Positions 34,875 through 44,556 of a stretch of 54,416 bases of DNA are shown one piece after another. The DNA comes from Bacteroidota bacterium. GTDB taxonomy: Bacteria > Bacteroidota > Ignavibacteria > UBA10030 > UBA8401. The stretch spans positions 1-54,416 of the forward strand of contig JAGVPT010000219.1 of the NCBI GenBank assembly GCA_020052095.1, given 5' to 3'. Position 1 is the stretch's first letter; each line of letters begins with the position of its first letter. A program made the position numbers and the translations under genes. The notes below the pieces were generated by a model. It ran no database searches, was not told the origin of the DNA, and saw nothing but the letters and a program-made list of their open reading frames with translations.

Positions 34875-36050
34875 ATGACATCGAAACAGAGAGTAAACAC
34901 CGCAATGAAAATGAAGTCGCCGGACCGCGTGCCGGTCATGTGCCAAATTTCGATAGGGCACTACTTTCTCCACTCCGGCGTGAATCCGATGGACATATGG
35001 TACAGCGCAGAAGGATTTGCCGAGGCGCTCGTGAACCTTCAACGTCGGTACGACTTTGACGGCATTCTCGTCAACCTTCCCGGCCGAGATCCGAATTACG
35101 AGAAACAGATCGATCGCATTGATCGGCACGATGGCGAGAATATTGTTCGCTGGAAGAATGGAAATTATACGGTAGTGCCTGCCGCGGACAACCCACATTA
35201 TTATATGAAGGACGGCAGCCGTTACTTTCCGACGTTTGAGGAAATCCAACCGGAAGAACTCTTCTATGTCGAACCGTGGGACATTTCCGACATCACATAT
35301 CCCTACACATGGGGATTTGAAAAGGAGGCACGTCCGTTCGACGAATTCTTCCCTCCGTACCACTCCGATACAATCAAAGCGGTCATGGCGAGAGTCGGCG
35401 ACACCGTTTCAGTTCATTCCGAAGTTTTTTCTCCCTGGTCTCAATTTATGGAATTACTCAACTATGAAAATGCCTTGATGGCGATTGTCGACGATCCCGG
35501 AAAATCGCAAGCATGTCTTGAACGCTTAACGGAAGGAGCGGTTGATCTTGGGAAAAGACAAGCTGCCTGCGGTGTCGACGCGATTCTGATCTCCTCTGCC
35601 TTTGCGGGATCCGGATTGATTTCCCGCAAACACTACGAGGACTTCGTCCTTCCCTACGAAGGGCGGATTGTAAAAGAAATTCAGGAAGAATTCCCAATAC
35701 CGGTTTATACTCATACCTGCGGGAGCATCGGTGATCGGCTCGATTTAATGATGGCGACCGGGACAAACGGGATAGACACACTTGACCCGCCGCCGCTTGG
35801 TACCGTCGACCTTGAAGAGGCGAAGAGGGTCCTTGGGGGTAAGACGTTCATCAAAGGGAATATCGATCCAGTCCACACACTGTTATTCGGAAATTTGAGC
35901 GAGGTGAAGGAAGATGTCCGAAAGCGCATCTCCATCGGGATGCCGGGGGGTGGCTATATTTTGAGTTCCGCATGTTCCGTGGCGCCGCAGACGCCGACGG
36001 AAAATATTGAAGTTCTTGTGCCGCTTGCGAAGGAGTTTGGAACGTATTAG
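34875..36050 (+). CDS. Uroporphyrinogen decarboxylase (URO-D) family protein (MtaA/CmuA-like fold; substrate unknown)
   Basis: 391-aa ORF. N-terminus RVNTAMKMKSPDRVPVM and C-terminus GGGYILSSACSVAPQTPTENI fit the URO-D/methyltransferase family pattern. Confidence 0.6.
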   Translation: MTSKQRVNTAMKMKSPDRVPVMCQISIGHYFLHSGVNPMDIWYSAEGFAEALVNLQRRYDFDGILVNLPGRDPNYEKQIDRIDRHDGENIVRWKNGNYTVVPAADNPHYYMKDGSRYFPTFEEIQPEELFYVEPWDISDITYPYTWGFEKEARPFDEFFPPYHSDTIKAVMARVGDTVSVHSEVFSPWSQFMELLNYENALMAIVDDPGKSQACLERLTEGAVDLGKRQAACGVDAILISSAFAGSGLISRKHYEDFVLPYEGRIVKEIQEEFPIPVYTHTCGSIGDRLDLMMATGTNGIDTLDPPPLGTVDLEEAKRVLGGKTFIKGNIDPVHTLLFGNLSEVKEDVRKRISIGMPGGGYILSSACSVAPQTPTENIEVLVPLAKEFGTY

Positions 36051-36195
36051 AATCTATATCAAAAAGGTGCTAATCAATCCTTCTGAGCCTATGGCTCAGC
36101 AGGGCGAATGGCAGAGCATTTCTAAGAAATCTTCTAGCGTTAGTAGATGATCTTCGACCGGACGTCTCTCGGTCTCAATGCGATTCGAAAATCGT

Positions 36196-36228
36196 GCGCC
36201 AGTCCGAAGGACCCCTTCGGACTGGCGC
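36196..36228 (+). other. Perfect 15-bp intercistronic hairpin
   Basis: GCGCCAGTCCGAAGG, loop ACC, then CCTTCGGACTGGCGC. It lies between the URO-D-family gene and the sugar-binding protein gene. Confidence 0.7.
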
Positions 36229-36277
36229 ATCAGCCTGTGGCAGAGCAATCGTAAATCGTAACTCAAAGGGCACTTCG

Positions 36278-37207
36278 ATGACCAGACCTCTTTCACTCCT
36301 TCTCACGCTGGCTATTTGTTCTCTTCTCATCCCCTCATGCACGAAAAAAGAAGAAGGGGGGCATGCGAAGATCATTGGCGTGACGCTTTTAACGCGGGGT
36401 CATGTTTTTTATAAAGACCTTGAGGAGGGACTTCGCACCGAGGCGGTGAAAAATAACTATGAGCTTATCGTTACCGCCGGCGAATTCGACCTTGGGAAAC
36501 AAATAGCACAAATAGAGGACTTCGTCGCGCGGAAGGTCGACGCGATTATCGTGTGTCCGGTCGATTCCAAAGGAATTGGCAGTGGGATAAGAAAAGCGAA
36601 TCAAGCAAAAATCCCGGTGTTCACCGCCGACATCGCAGCTTTTGAAGGCGACGTCGTTAGTCACATTGCATCAGATAATGAGCTCGGGGGAAAACGAGCA
36701 GCAGAGTATCTTGCGAAAGTATTGCACGGCAAAGGTAAGATCGCGATCATCAATCAGCCGACAGTCACTTCCGTACTCGATCGCATAGCCGGATTCAAGA
36801 AGGAGCTCGAGAAATTCCCCGATATAACGGTTGTAGCCGACGTCAATGGCGACGGCGTTCGGGACCGCTCGTTACAGGTGTCGTCGGATATTCTGCAAGC
36901 GCATCCCGACTTAGATGGCATTTTTGGAATTAATGATGATTCGGCTCTTGGAGCGCTCGACGCCGTCCAACAATTTAAACGGAAAAATGTAGTCATTATC
37001 GGCTACGACGCGACACCGCCTGCCGTCGCCGCAATTCTTAGAAATACTTCCTTGAAAGCCGACGTGGTCCAGTACCCAAAGAAAATCGGCTCATCAACTA
37101 TATCCGCCATCAAAGATTATTTTGCCGGCTACTCTGTAGAGAAGCGTTACGCCGTCGAAGTCGGAATCGTAGACAGGGAAGCTCTCCGGAAAATACCGGT
37201 CCAATAA
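36278..37207 (+). CDS. Sugar ABC transporter substrate-binding protein (CUT2, RbsB-like), probable lipoprotein
   Basis: I place the start at ATG 36278 (MTRPLSLLLTLAICSLLIPSC). The periplasmic-binding-protein/LacI-type fold pattern is present (IGVTLLTRGHVFY ... VDAIIVCPVDS ... IPVFTADI). Confidence 0.75.
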   Translation: MTRPLSLLLTLAICSLLIPSCTKKEEGGHAKIIGVTLLTRGHVFYKDLEEGLRTEAVKNNYELIVTAGEFDLGKQIAQIEDFVARKVDAIIVCPVDSKGIGSGIRKANQAKIPVFTADIAAFEGDVVSHIASDNELGGKRAAEYLAKVLHGKGKIAIINQPTVTSVLDRIAGFKKELEKFPDITVVADVNGDGVRDRSLQVSSDILQAHPDLDGIFGINDDSALGALDAVQQFKRKNVVIIGYDATPPAVAAILRNTSLKADVVQYPKKIGSSTISAIKDYFAGYSVEKRYAVEVGIVDREALRKIPVQ

Positions 37208-37209
37208 GC

Positions 37210-38712
37210 ATGTCCGCTCTTTTGCGTCTGGAAGGAATCTGCAAACATTACCCCGGCGTTCGCGCTCTCGACGAGGTCACGGTGGAATTGTGTTCGGGAG
37301 AAGTTCATTGTATCGTCGGGGAGAATGGCGCCGGCAAATCGACTCTCATCAAGATCCTCTCCGGTGCGCTCCACAGAGACCGAGGCGAAATCCTAATTAA
37401 TGGTGCAAGGGTAACGATAGATTCACCTACGGACGCACTACGGCAGGGCGTCGCAGTAATTTATCAGGATTTCAAGCTCGTGCCTGAATTGTCCGTCGCC
37501 GAGAATATTTTCCTGGGCAAAGAACCGATTCAAGAAACAATGCCTTTCATCGACTATGCCTCGATGCATCGAAATGCGCGAGCTCAATTACTCCAGCTCG
37601 GTGAAGAAATCGATACGACGCTCGCCGTTAGTACGCTCAGCGCAGCTCAACAGCAAATTGTAGAGATTGCAAAAGCCCTTTCGCAACGAGTACGCATACT
37701 TGCATTTGATGAACCTTCCGCCGCTCTGACCGAACGCGAACTGCTTAAGCTCTTTGCAATTATTCGACGGCTAACTTCGGAGGGGGTGGGGATCATGTAC
37801 ATCTCGCACCGGCTGGATGAGATATTTGAGATCGGAGACCGTGTCACTGTTATACGGGATGGCAGGGTTGTCAACACTTCCCCAATAATTACGGTGAATA
37901 AGAAGAGCCTTATTCAATTGATGGTCGGGCGCAAACTCGAGGATGAATTCCCAAACGTTGCGTTAACACGGAGCGAAGAGATCCTTCGCGTCGAAAATAT
38001 CAGCGCCGGTATTCTCCGCAACATCAACTTCTCTTTGCACCGGGGAGAAATTCTCGGTTTTGCAGGATTAGTTGGGGCAGGACGCACTGAGATCGCGCGC
38101 ATAATTTTTGGGGCCGATGTGAAAGAGACGGGCTCAATTTTTCTCCGCGGAAAAGAAATAAGCCCACGCTCTCCGCGTGAGGCGATCGACGTGGGAATTG
38201 GCCTTCTCACCGAAAACCGCAATCGCCTTGGACTGATTACAGAGATGAAGGTTGGGGAGAACATTTCACTTTCCAGCCTCAATGGGCTCCTCAAGGGGCC
38301 GTTTCTCGACAAGGTCAAAGAAGTGCAGACGGCCCGGCGCTTCGTACATCAACTCCACATCAAGACCCCGGACGTCAATGAATCCGTTGAAAACCTCAGT
38401 GGAGGGAATCGCCAGAAGGTGATTCTTGCCCGATGGCTTGCCACAAAATCGAAGGTGTTGATCTTTGATGAGCCGACAGCCGGCATCGATGTCGGAGCAA
38501 AATATGAGATTTATGTATTGATGAAGAAGCTCGCGCAAGATGGAGTCGGTGTTATTATGATTTCATCAGATCTTCCGGAACTCCTTGGCTTGTGCGACAG
38601 GATCATCGTAATGCACGACGGGCGGATCACTGGTGAACTGGATCGTGACGCGGCAACACAGGAAAAGATCATGGCGCTCGCAACTCTGGAGGGAGACGTG
38701 CGATGGTCATGA
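37210..38712 (+). CDS. Sugar ABC transporter ATP-binding protein with duplicated ATPase domains (RbsA/MglA-like)
   Basis: 500-aa ORF. Motifs: GENGAGKST, LSAAQQQ, AFDEPS, and a second set GLVGAGRTE, LSGGNRQK, IFDEPT. Confidence 0.85.
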   Translation: MSALLRLEGICKHYPGVRALDEVTVELCSGEVHCIVGENGAGKSTLIKILSGALHRDRGEILINGARVTIDSPTDALRQGVAVIYQDFKLVPELSVAENIFLGKEPIQETMPFIDYASMHRNARAQLLQLGEEIDTTLAVSTLSAAQQQIVEIAKALSQRVRILAFDEPSAALTERELLKLFAIIRRLTSEGVGIMYISHRLDEIFEIGDRVTVIRDGRVVNTSPIITVNKKSLIQLMVGRKLEDEFPNVALTRSEEILRVENISAGILRNINFSLHRGEILGFAGLVGAGRTEIARIIFGADVKETGSIFLRGKEISPRSPREAIDVGIGLLTENRNRLGLITEMKVGENISLSSLNGLLKGPFLDKVKEVQTARRFVHQLHIKTPDVNESVENLSGGNRQKVILARWLATKSKVLIFDEPTAGIDVGAKYEIYVLMKKLAQDGVGVIMISSDLPELLGLCDRIIVMHDGRITGELDRDAATQEKIMALATLEGDVRWS

Positions 38713-39662
38713 GCAATAGCTCAAGAACTCTGTCGTCTGTCCTGGGAAAATTCGGCATTGGAATGACCTTGCTCGTCGAAGTCATTCTTTTTTCGCAGTT
38801 CTCTGCATATTTTTTCACTGCAGAAAACATTCTAAACGTCTCGCTGCAACTCTCCATCACCGCAATTATTGCTGCAGGGATGACGTTCGTAATCCTCACG
38901 TCGGGAATAGATTTATCGGTCGGCGCGCTGGTCGCGTTTACAGGGGTCATCGCTACGAGCGTTTTGAAATTATCGATTCCACTTCTTATATCATTTCCAT
39001 TGGCAATTGTAGTCGGATTGTTGATCGGCGTCTGTTCGGGCGCATTCGCAGGAGTATGTGTTACACGGTTTTCAATCACGCCGTTCATCGCTACTCTCGC
39101 GTTAATGACTATCTTTCGCGGCGCTGCTTACATGTATACCGACGGGAGACCTATTTGGGGATTGCCGCCGGAGTTTAGCCTCCTTGCGAGCGGGCGTCTC
39201 TTCGGAATTCCCATTCCGACATTGATCACGATTTGTGTGTACGGTGCGGGGTATCTCGTATTGCATTGGACGCGCTTTGGCCGCTATGTTTATGCCGTTG
39301 GGGGGAACAGAGAAGCCGCGCGTCTTGCAGGCATTAACACGAATCGAGTTTTGGTTTCCGTTTATGCGATTTGCGGCGTATTGACGTCGCTCAGCGGAAT
39401 TCTCCTGGCGGCTCGAGTCAATTCAGGACAGCCGAACGCGGGACTGATGTACGAACTGGATGTGATTGCGGCGGTAGTTGTCGGGGGAACAAGTCTCTCC
39501 GGCGGTCGCGGCACGATTGTGGGGACGCTCCTCGGTGCAGTTCTCATCGGAGTTCTGCGCAATGGACTAAATCTATTGAACGTCAATTCGTATGTGCAAC
39601 AAGTTGTAGTCGGGCTGGTAATACTGGTTACGGTTATGATGGATCAGTCGAAAAAGAAATGA
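38703..39662 (+). CDS. Sugar ABC transporter permease (RbsC-like, CUT2)
   Basis: 319-aa polytopic ORF overlapping the ATPase stop by 10 nt. Typical branched-chain/ribose permease pattern (GIDLSVGA ... GGTSLSGGRGT). Confidence 0.8.
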   Translation: MVMSNSSRTLSSVLGKFGIGMTLLVEVILFSQFSAYFFTAENILNVSLQLSITAIIAAGMTFVILTSGIDLSVGALVAFTGVIATSVLKLSIPLLISFPLAIVVGLLIGVCSGAFAGVCVTRFSITPFIATLALMTIFRGAAYMYTDGRPIWGLPPEFSLLASGRLFGIPIPTLITICVYGAGYLVLHWTRFGRYVYAVGGNREAARLAGINTNRVLVSVYAICGVLTSLSGILLAARVNSGQPNAGLMYELDVIAAVVVGGTSLSGGRGTIVGTLLGAVLIGVLRNGLNLLNVNSYVQQVVVGLVILVTVMMDQSKKK

Positions 39663-39679
39663 GAATAGAGAGTTCTCAA

Positions 39680-40152
39680 GGGCATGAATGCGCTTTTGAG
39701 TACCAGCGCTGTTTCCGTCCCCGGCCCTGAAGGGCCGGGCAAAGGAATGCTCTTGCCAAGAAAGTATCGGCCCAAGAAGCAGTTCGGCCAAGAAACCGTT
39801 TCGTTTGTTGTTAGAAAACGATTAGCCCGACCCTTCGGGGTCGGGCCATGAATACGCAGTCGAATACAACATTGGCCCGACCATTCATGGTCGGCCAAGA
39901 GAATTGTCGGTCCAAGAAGGCTCTGGCCAAGCAAAGATTGTCGCTAGGGAGCGTCTCGTTAAATTTTAATCCGCGACTTGCCCGACCATTCATGGTCGAG
40001 CAATGAACGCACAAACAATTTCACGATGCCCACTCAGGGGAACAGAAAGGAAGCTCTCGATACACAAATCTCGATGTTGAAGATGACAATGGCCCGACCA
40101 TTCATGGTCGGGCGCTCGATGCACGCACAATTTCCATAATGCCCTTCAGGGC
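39680..40152. repeat. REP-containing module, left of the RAYT gene (4 REP palindromes)
   Basis: REP core GCCCGACC-N4-6-GGTCGGGC at 39825-39846, 39874-39896, 39980-40001 and 40091-40113. Further hairpins GGGCATGAATGC and CCGGCCCTGAAGGGCCGG. The module ends with TTTCCATAATGCCCTTCAGGGC. Confidence 0.85.
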
Positions 40153-40172
40153 ATTACAAAAAAGGGGGGAGT

Positions 40173-40613
40173 ATGGCACAAACATATTACAAGATTTGGA
40201 TTCATCTCATTTGGGCAACGAAGGAACGTCGGCCTGTCATGCAAAAAGAAACTCGCGAAAAGATTCTTCACCATATACGGGAAACGGCGATGAAAGAAGG
40301 TTACCATATCGATACGATTAACGGAGTTGCCGACCATCTTCATTGCCTGATTTCACTGAGTCCAAGATTTTCGATCAGCGAAGTGATGAATAAATTGAAA
40401 GGCGAGTCCTCTCATTGGATAAATTCTGAAAAGATCACACGAGGTCGATTTGCATGGCAAGGCGGGTTTGCCGCGTTCTCGGTCAGCGCATCGCAGGTAC
40501 ATAGAGTGCGAAGGTACATTCTTAACCAGGAAAAGCATCACCAGAAAACCTCGTTCGCTGAGGAGGTGGACAGATTTGTGAAATTGTACAACGCAGATGG
40601 AGAAAGGGCATGA
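40173..40613 (+). CDS. REP-associated tyrosine transposase (RAYT; IS200/IS605-like Y1 HUH transposase)
   Basis: 146-aa ORF. N-terminus YYKIWIHLIWATKERRPVM, HUH motif DHLHCLI, and catalytic Tyr motif YILNQ (YxxxQ). Confidence 0.85.
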   Translation: MAQTYYKIWIHLIWATKERRPVMQKETREKILHHIRETAMKEGYHIDTINGVADHLHCLISLSPRFSISEVMNKLKGESSHWINSEKITRGRFAWQGGFAAFSVSASQVHRVRRYILNQEKHHQKTSFAEEVDRFVKLYNADGERA

Positions 40614-40893
40614 ATGCCCTTTTGGGTACCAGCGTTGTTTCCGTCCCCGGCCCTGAAGGGCCAGGCAAAGGAAGGCTCATGCAAGGAAGTATCGGCCCAT
40701 AGAAATTTCGGGCCAATAAAGGACCGGCCCAAGAAGCGGTTCGGCCAAGAAACCGTTTCGTTTATTGTTAGAAAACGATTAGCCCGACCATCTAGGGTCG
40801 GGCCATGAATGTGCAGTCGAATACAACATTGGCCCAACCGTTCATGGTTGGGCAACCGAGGAGCAAGCCCATTTTCCATATGCCCTTCAGGGC
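40606..40893. repeat. REP-containing module, right of the RAYT gene (direct repeat of the left module; 2 REP palindromes)
   Basis: GGGCATGAATGCCCTTTTGGGTACCAGCG ... CCGGCCCTGAAGGGCC ... GGCCAAGAAACCGTTTCGTTTATTGTTAGAAAACGATTAGCCCGACC is collinear with 39680-39900. REPs at 40782-40803 and 40831-40853. It ends with TTTCCATATGCCCTTCAGGGC. Confidence 0.85.
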
Positions 40894-40953
40894 CTCAGTG
40901 GGTCGACAAATCACGGTCGAAATATCAAGGCGATAACACCAACGGAGACCTCA

Positions 40954-43900
40954 ATGAAAAGAATAATTCTTCTTGTGATCGGATTCGTATTTCCATCCAC
41001 CAATTTTGCTCAAACCAATGTTGATAGGGTCATCCACGCAATTGATTCGATGACGATCGTCTCAATCAACGATTGGAAAATGAGCTCCGACCTTAAGTTC
41101 GGGACTGTACTCGGAGACCCACGAAGGCCCGATTTTGACGATTCAAAATGGGAGACGCTGAAACTTGACCAATCGGTTTATCCGGATTCTTGTTGGTTAA
41201 GAAAAGAAATTGTTCTCCCGGAATATATCCTGGGCAGCCGGGTCGGTGGGACGGTCAAACTCCTCGTGTCTATCGATGATTACGGCTACATGTGGATCAA
41301 CGGCGAGGAGAAAGGATTTTTTCCGTGGGACGGGGACTTTGTACTTACGAAAGCCGCCAAACCGGGGGATCGATTTCTTGTTGCCATCCGCGCCATTAAT
41401 ACTGGAGGTCCGCTCAGAATATTGAGGGCCGATATAGAAACAGCAAGCGCCGATTCGGCCCGTCAGATTATCAAAGACTTTTCGTTGAGCGTGCGCGTCG
41501 GTCAGACGCTGTTGAGTTTCGACACCAGGCAATCGTCGTCGTACGAAAAAAAGGTTCAGGACCCCGGCATCGACAGATCCAAAATCGATAAAGCCGAGAA
41601 GGTAAAACTCAACGAACTACTCCAGAGACAGGTTGCTCGTGTAGATATCGCCGCCCTAGGTTCCGCGTCTCTTGAAAAATTCATAGCGTCACTGAACGAT
41701 GTCCGTTCGAAATTGAAAGCAGTGGCAGAGTACGCCAAACGTTTTACGCTCTGTTTCGATGCCAACGCACACATCGACGCAGCATGGCTCTGGCGTGAGA
41801 AAGAAACAGTGGAAGTGTGCAAGAATACATTTACGTCCGTCTTGGATATGATGGATACGCGTCCGGACTTCACGTACACTCAAAGCGCAGCGGCATATTA
41901 TGACTGGATGGAACAGAAATATCCTGAGGTATTCAACAGAATTCAGCGCAGGGTGAAAGATGGAAGATGGGAAATTGTGGGAGGGATGTGGGTGGAGCCG
42001 GACTGCAATCTGCCAAGCGGAGAAGCGTGGATGCATCACCTGCTCTTTGCGAAGAAATATTTTCAGAAGAAGCTCGGAGTCGATGTGAAAATCGGTTGGA
42101 ATCCCGATTCGTTCGGCTACAACTGGAACATGCCGCAGTTTTACCGGAATGCCGGCATCGATGCATTCATCACACAAAAGATTGGCTGGAATGACACAAA
42201 TGTTTTTCCCCACCGCGTTTTTTGGTGGGAAGGTCCGGATGGATCCCGGATTCTCACATACTTTCCGTACGACTATGTGAACGACGTCGCGCAGCCGCTC
42301 GGGCTGGCCGGATGGATGCGCCAATTTGAGGCGAACACCGGTTATACTAAAATGATGGTGCTGTATGGTGTTGGCGACCACGGCGGAGGTCCAACGAACG
42401 AAATGCTCGACCGCATTGAACGCCTGAAACACCTCGATATCTACCCAAAGGTAGAGTACAGCACTGCAACCCAATATCTTGATTGGCTAAAAAAACAGAA
42501 TCCTGCTGAAATCCCTACCTGGAGAGACGAACTCTATCTTGAATACCACCAGGGTACGTTTACGACGCAGGCAAAGATGAAATCGTTCAATCGACGGAAC
42601 GAAGCACTTCTTTCGAATGCGGAGAAGTATTCTTCGATTGCGACGATGTTTGGGAAGAAGTACGGCCAGTCAAATCTCGACGCAGCATGGAAGAATCTCC
42701 TCTTCAACCAATTTCACGACATACTCCCAGGATCCAGCATTCGTGAAGTCTACATAGACGCAACTGAACGGCACGAGGCGGCGAATGAAACCGCTGCATT
42801 CGACCTCAAGAAATCAATCGAAGCAATCGCGTCGAATATCAACACTTCAAAGATGAAGAAGGGAATACCGATCATTGTCTTTAATCCATTATCGTGGGAG
42901 CGGTCCGACGTCGCTGGGTTGAAATTGCAGCAGGGAGATCTGAGCGATTATGCGCTCTTCGATGCGCAAGGGAAAGAGATCGCAACACAAATCGTGTACA
43001 AGGGTGCTTTGGATCGAGAATTAATATTTATTGCAGAGGGGATTCCCTCTGTTGGTTTTAAGACATTTGAACTAAAGAAACAAAAAACAAAGACAGCGAT
43101 AGCGGCGCCTGCAAGTTCGGTCTCAGCCATCGAGAATGAATACTTTCGCGTGCTTGTCGGCCAGGATTCCGGTTGGGTGCAGAGCATCGTCGACAAGAGA
43201 AATGGAAAAGAAATCTTGAGTGGGAGTGGAAACAAACTCCAGCTCCTGGAGGATAGGCCAAAACAATGGGATGCTTGGAACGTTGGATGGACGGGGCGAG
43301 AATATCCGTCGAAATTGCGGCGAATTGAAGTGGTAGAACGCGGGCCGGTGAGAACGGTGCTGCGCGTCGAGCGGGACTGCCTCGGACCGAGTTTCACACG
43401 GGACTATCCTACCCACGATTTCCCTAGCTCATTCTTTACCCAGGATATCGTACTGTACAACGGTATCGACCGTATCGATTTTGCGACCGATGTTGATTGG
43501 TGGGAAGAGAAGACGATGCTGAAAGTTGCATTCCCCCTCGCGGTTAGCGACACCATGGCAACGTACGAAATCCCGTACGGCTCAATTCAGCGCTCGACAC
43601 AATTGCGCAGTAGTTGGGAAAAGGCAAAAGTTGAAGTCCCCGCGGCGCGATGGGCGGACATCTCGCAAAAAGAATACGGCGTGAGCTTGCTTAACAGATC
43701 AAAGTACGGTTACGACATTAAAGGCAACACAATGCGCTTATCGTTGTTGCGTTCCCCAAAGTGGCCCGATGCGACGGCCGACCGGGGCAAACACTCGATT
43801 GAGTACAGCCTTTATCCGCACCCCGGAAACTGGAAAGAAGCAAACACAGTTGCCCGTGGCTACGAGATTAACAATCCGTTGATCGTCGCGCCGACCACCA

Positions 43901-44187
43901 ATCATGCAGGAAAACTACCGGAATCAAGTTCGTTTGCTCGACTCATGCCGGCGAATCTTGTTCTGACGACTATCAAGAAGGCGGAAGATTCAGACGCATG
44001 GACTATCCAGTGGTATGACTCAAAGGGAGAGGATTCGGAAGCCATATTGACGTTGCCTCAAGTTCCGAAGCAAGTTGTTTTGACGAATTTCCTGGAGGAA
44101 GATGGTCCATCTTTGGCATTTGAGAAGAACGTGGTCAAAGTGCCGACGAAAATGAATTCTGTCGTGACGGTGAAGATAATATTCTAG
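40954..44187 (+). CDS. GH38 alpha-mannosidase (secreted)
   Basis: 1077-aa ORF with a signal peptide (MKRIILLVIGFVFPSTNFAQ). GH38 motifs: HIDAAWLW, GGMWVEPDCNLPSGE, FGYNWNMPQ, YGVGDHGGGP, EYHQGTFTTQ. Confidence 0.85.
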   Translation: MKRIILLVIGFVFPSTNFAQTNVDRVIHAIDSMTIVSINDWKMSSDLKFGTVLGDPRRPDFDDSKWETLKLDQSVYPDSCWLRKEIVLPEYILGSRVGGTVKLLVSIDDYGYMWINGEEKGFFPWDGDFVLTKAAKPGDRFLVAIRAINTGGPLRILRADIETASADSARQIIKDFSLSVRVGQTLLSFDTRQSSSYEKKVQDPGIDRSKIDKAEKVKLNELLQRQVARVDIAALGSASLEKFIASLNDVRSKLKAVAEYAKRFTLCFDANAHIDAAWLWREKETVEVCKNTFTSVLDMMDTRPDFTYTQSAAAYYDWMEQKYPEVFNRIQRRVKDGRWEIVGGMWVEPDCNLPSGEAWMHHLLFAKKYFQKKLGVDVKIGWNPDSFGYNWNMPQFYRNAGIDAFITQKIGWNDTNVFPHRVFWWEGPDGSRILTYFPYDYVNDVAQPLGLAGWMRQFEANTGYTKMMVLYGVGDHGGGPTNEMLDRIERLKHLDIYPKVEYSTATQYLDWLKKQNPAEIPTWRDELYLEYHQGTFTTQAKMKSFNRRNEALLSNAEKYSSIATMFGKKYGQSNLDAAWKNLLFNQFHDILPGSSIREVYIDATERHEAANETAAFDLKKSIEAIASNINTSKMKKGIPIIVFNPLSWERSDVAGLKLQQGDLSDYALFDAQGKEIATQIVYKGALDRELIFIAEGIPSVGFKTFELKKQKTKTAIAAPASSVSAIENEYFRVLVGQDSGWVQSIVDKRNGKEILSGSGNKLQLLEDRPKQWDAWNVGWTGREYPSKLRRIEVVERGPVRTVLRVERDCLGPSFTRDYPTHDFPSSFFTQDIVLYNGIDRIDFATDVDWWEEKTMLKVAFPLAVSDTMATYEIPYGSIQRSTQLRSSWEKAKVEVPAARWADISQKEYGVSLLNRSKYGYDIKGNTMRLSLLRSPKWPDATADRGKHSIEYSLYPHPGNWKEANTVARGYEINNPLIVAPTTNHAGKLPESSSFARLMPANLVLTTIKKAEDSDAWTIQWYDSKGEDSEAILTLPQVPKQVVLTNFLEEDGPSLAFEKNVVKVPTKMNSVVTVKIIF

Positions 44188-44357
44188 AATTCCAGAACCG
44201 CCAAGACGCCATAACGCCAGAAAGGCAAGAGTGCATTTTTTCTTCCGTGTTTCCGTGCTGATCTACCTTGGAACGCGAGGTTGACTGTTTGAAGCAGGCA
44301 TCACGCCAAAAAACCATTGCGAACGAGAAAGAATTTCTCTATATTAAATAAAGTTTT

Positions 44358-44432
44358 GGGGTCGTAGCTCAGTTTGGTTAGAGCGCCTGCCTGTCACGCA
44401 GGAAGTCGCGAGTTCGAGTCTCGTCGGCCCCG
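44358..44432 (+). tRNA. tRNA-Asp (anticodon GTC)
   Basis: Cloverleaf read by eye. Acceptor GGGGTCG/CGGCCCC (one G-U pair). D-arm GCTC-AGTTTGGTTA-GAGC. Anticodon arm CCTGC-CTGTCAC-GCAGG. T-arm GCGAG-TTCGAGT-CTCGT. Discriminator G. CCA is not encoded. Confidence 0.9.
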
Positions 44433-44437
44433 CTTCC

Positions 44438-44556
44438 AAAACGACACGACTTAGCGAGCCCGAATGGGCGCAGCTAAGCCGTTTGTCGTTTTGAGAACCC
44501 CGACGAAGCGACTTGTCCGCCGCAGTGCAACGGAGGCGGAAGCGTAGTCGGGGTTG
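44438..44556 (+). other. Two long hairpins immediately 3' of tRNA-Asp
   Basis: Hairpin A: AAAACGACA..CTTAGC / GCTAAG..TGTCGTTTT (44438-44492). Hairpin B: AACCCCGAC ... GTCGGGGTT (44497-44556) with an inner CCGCC/GGCGG stem. Confidence 0.7.
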
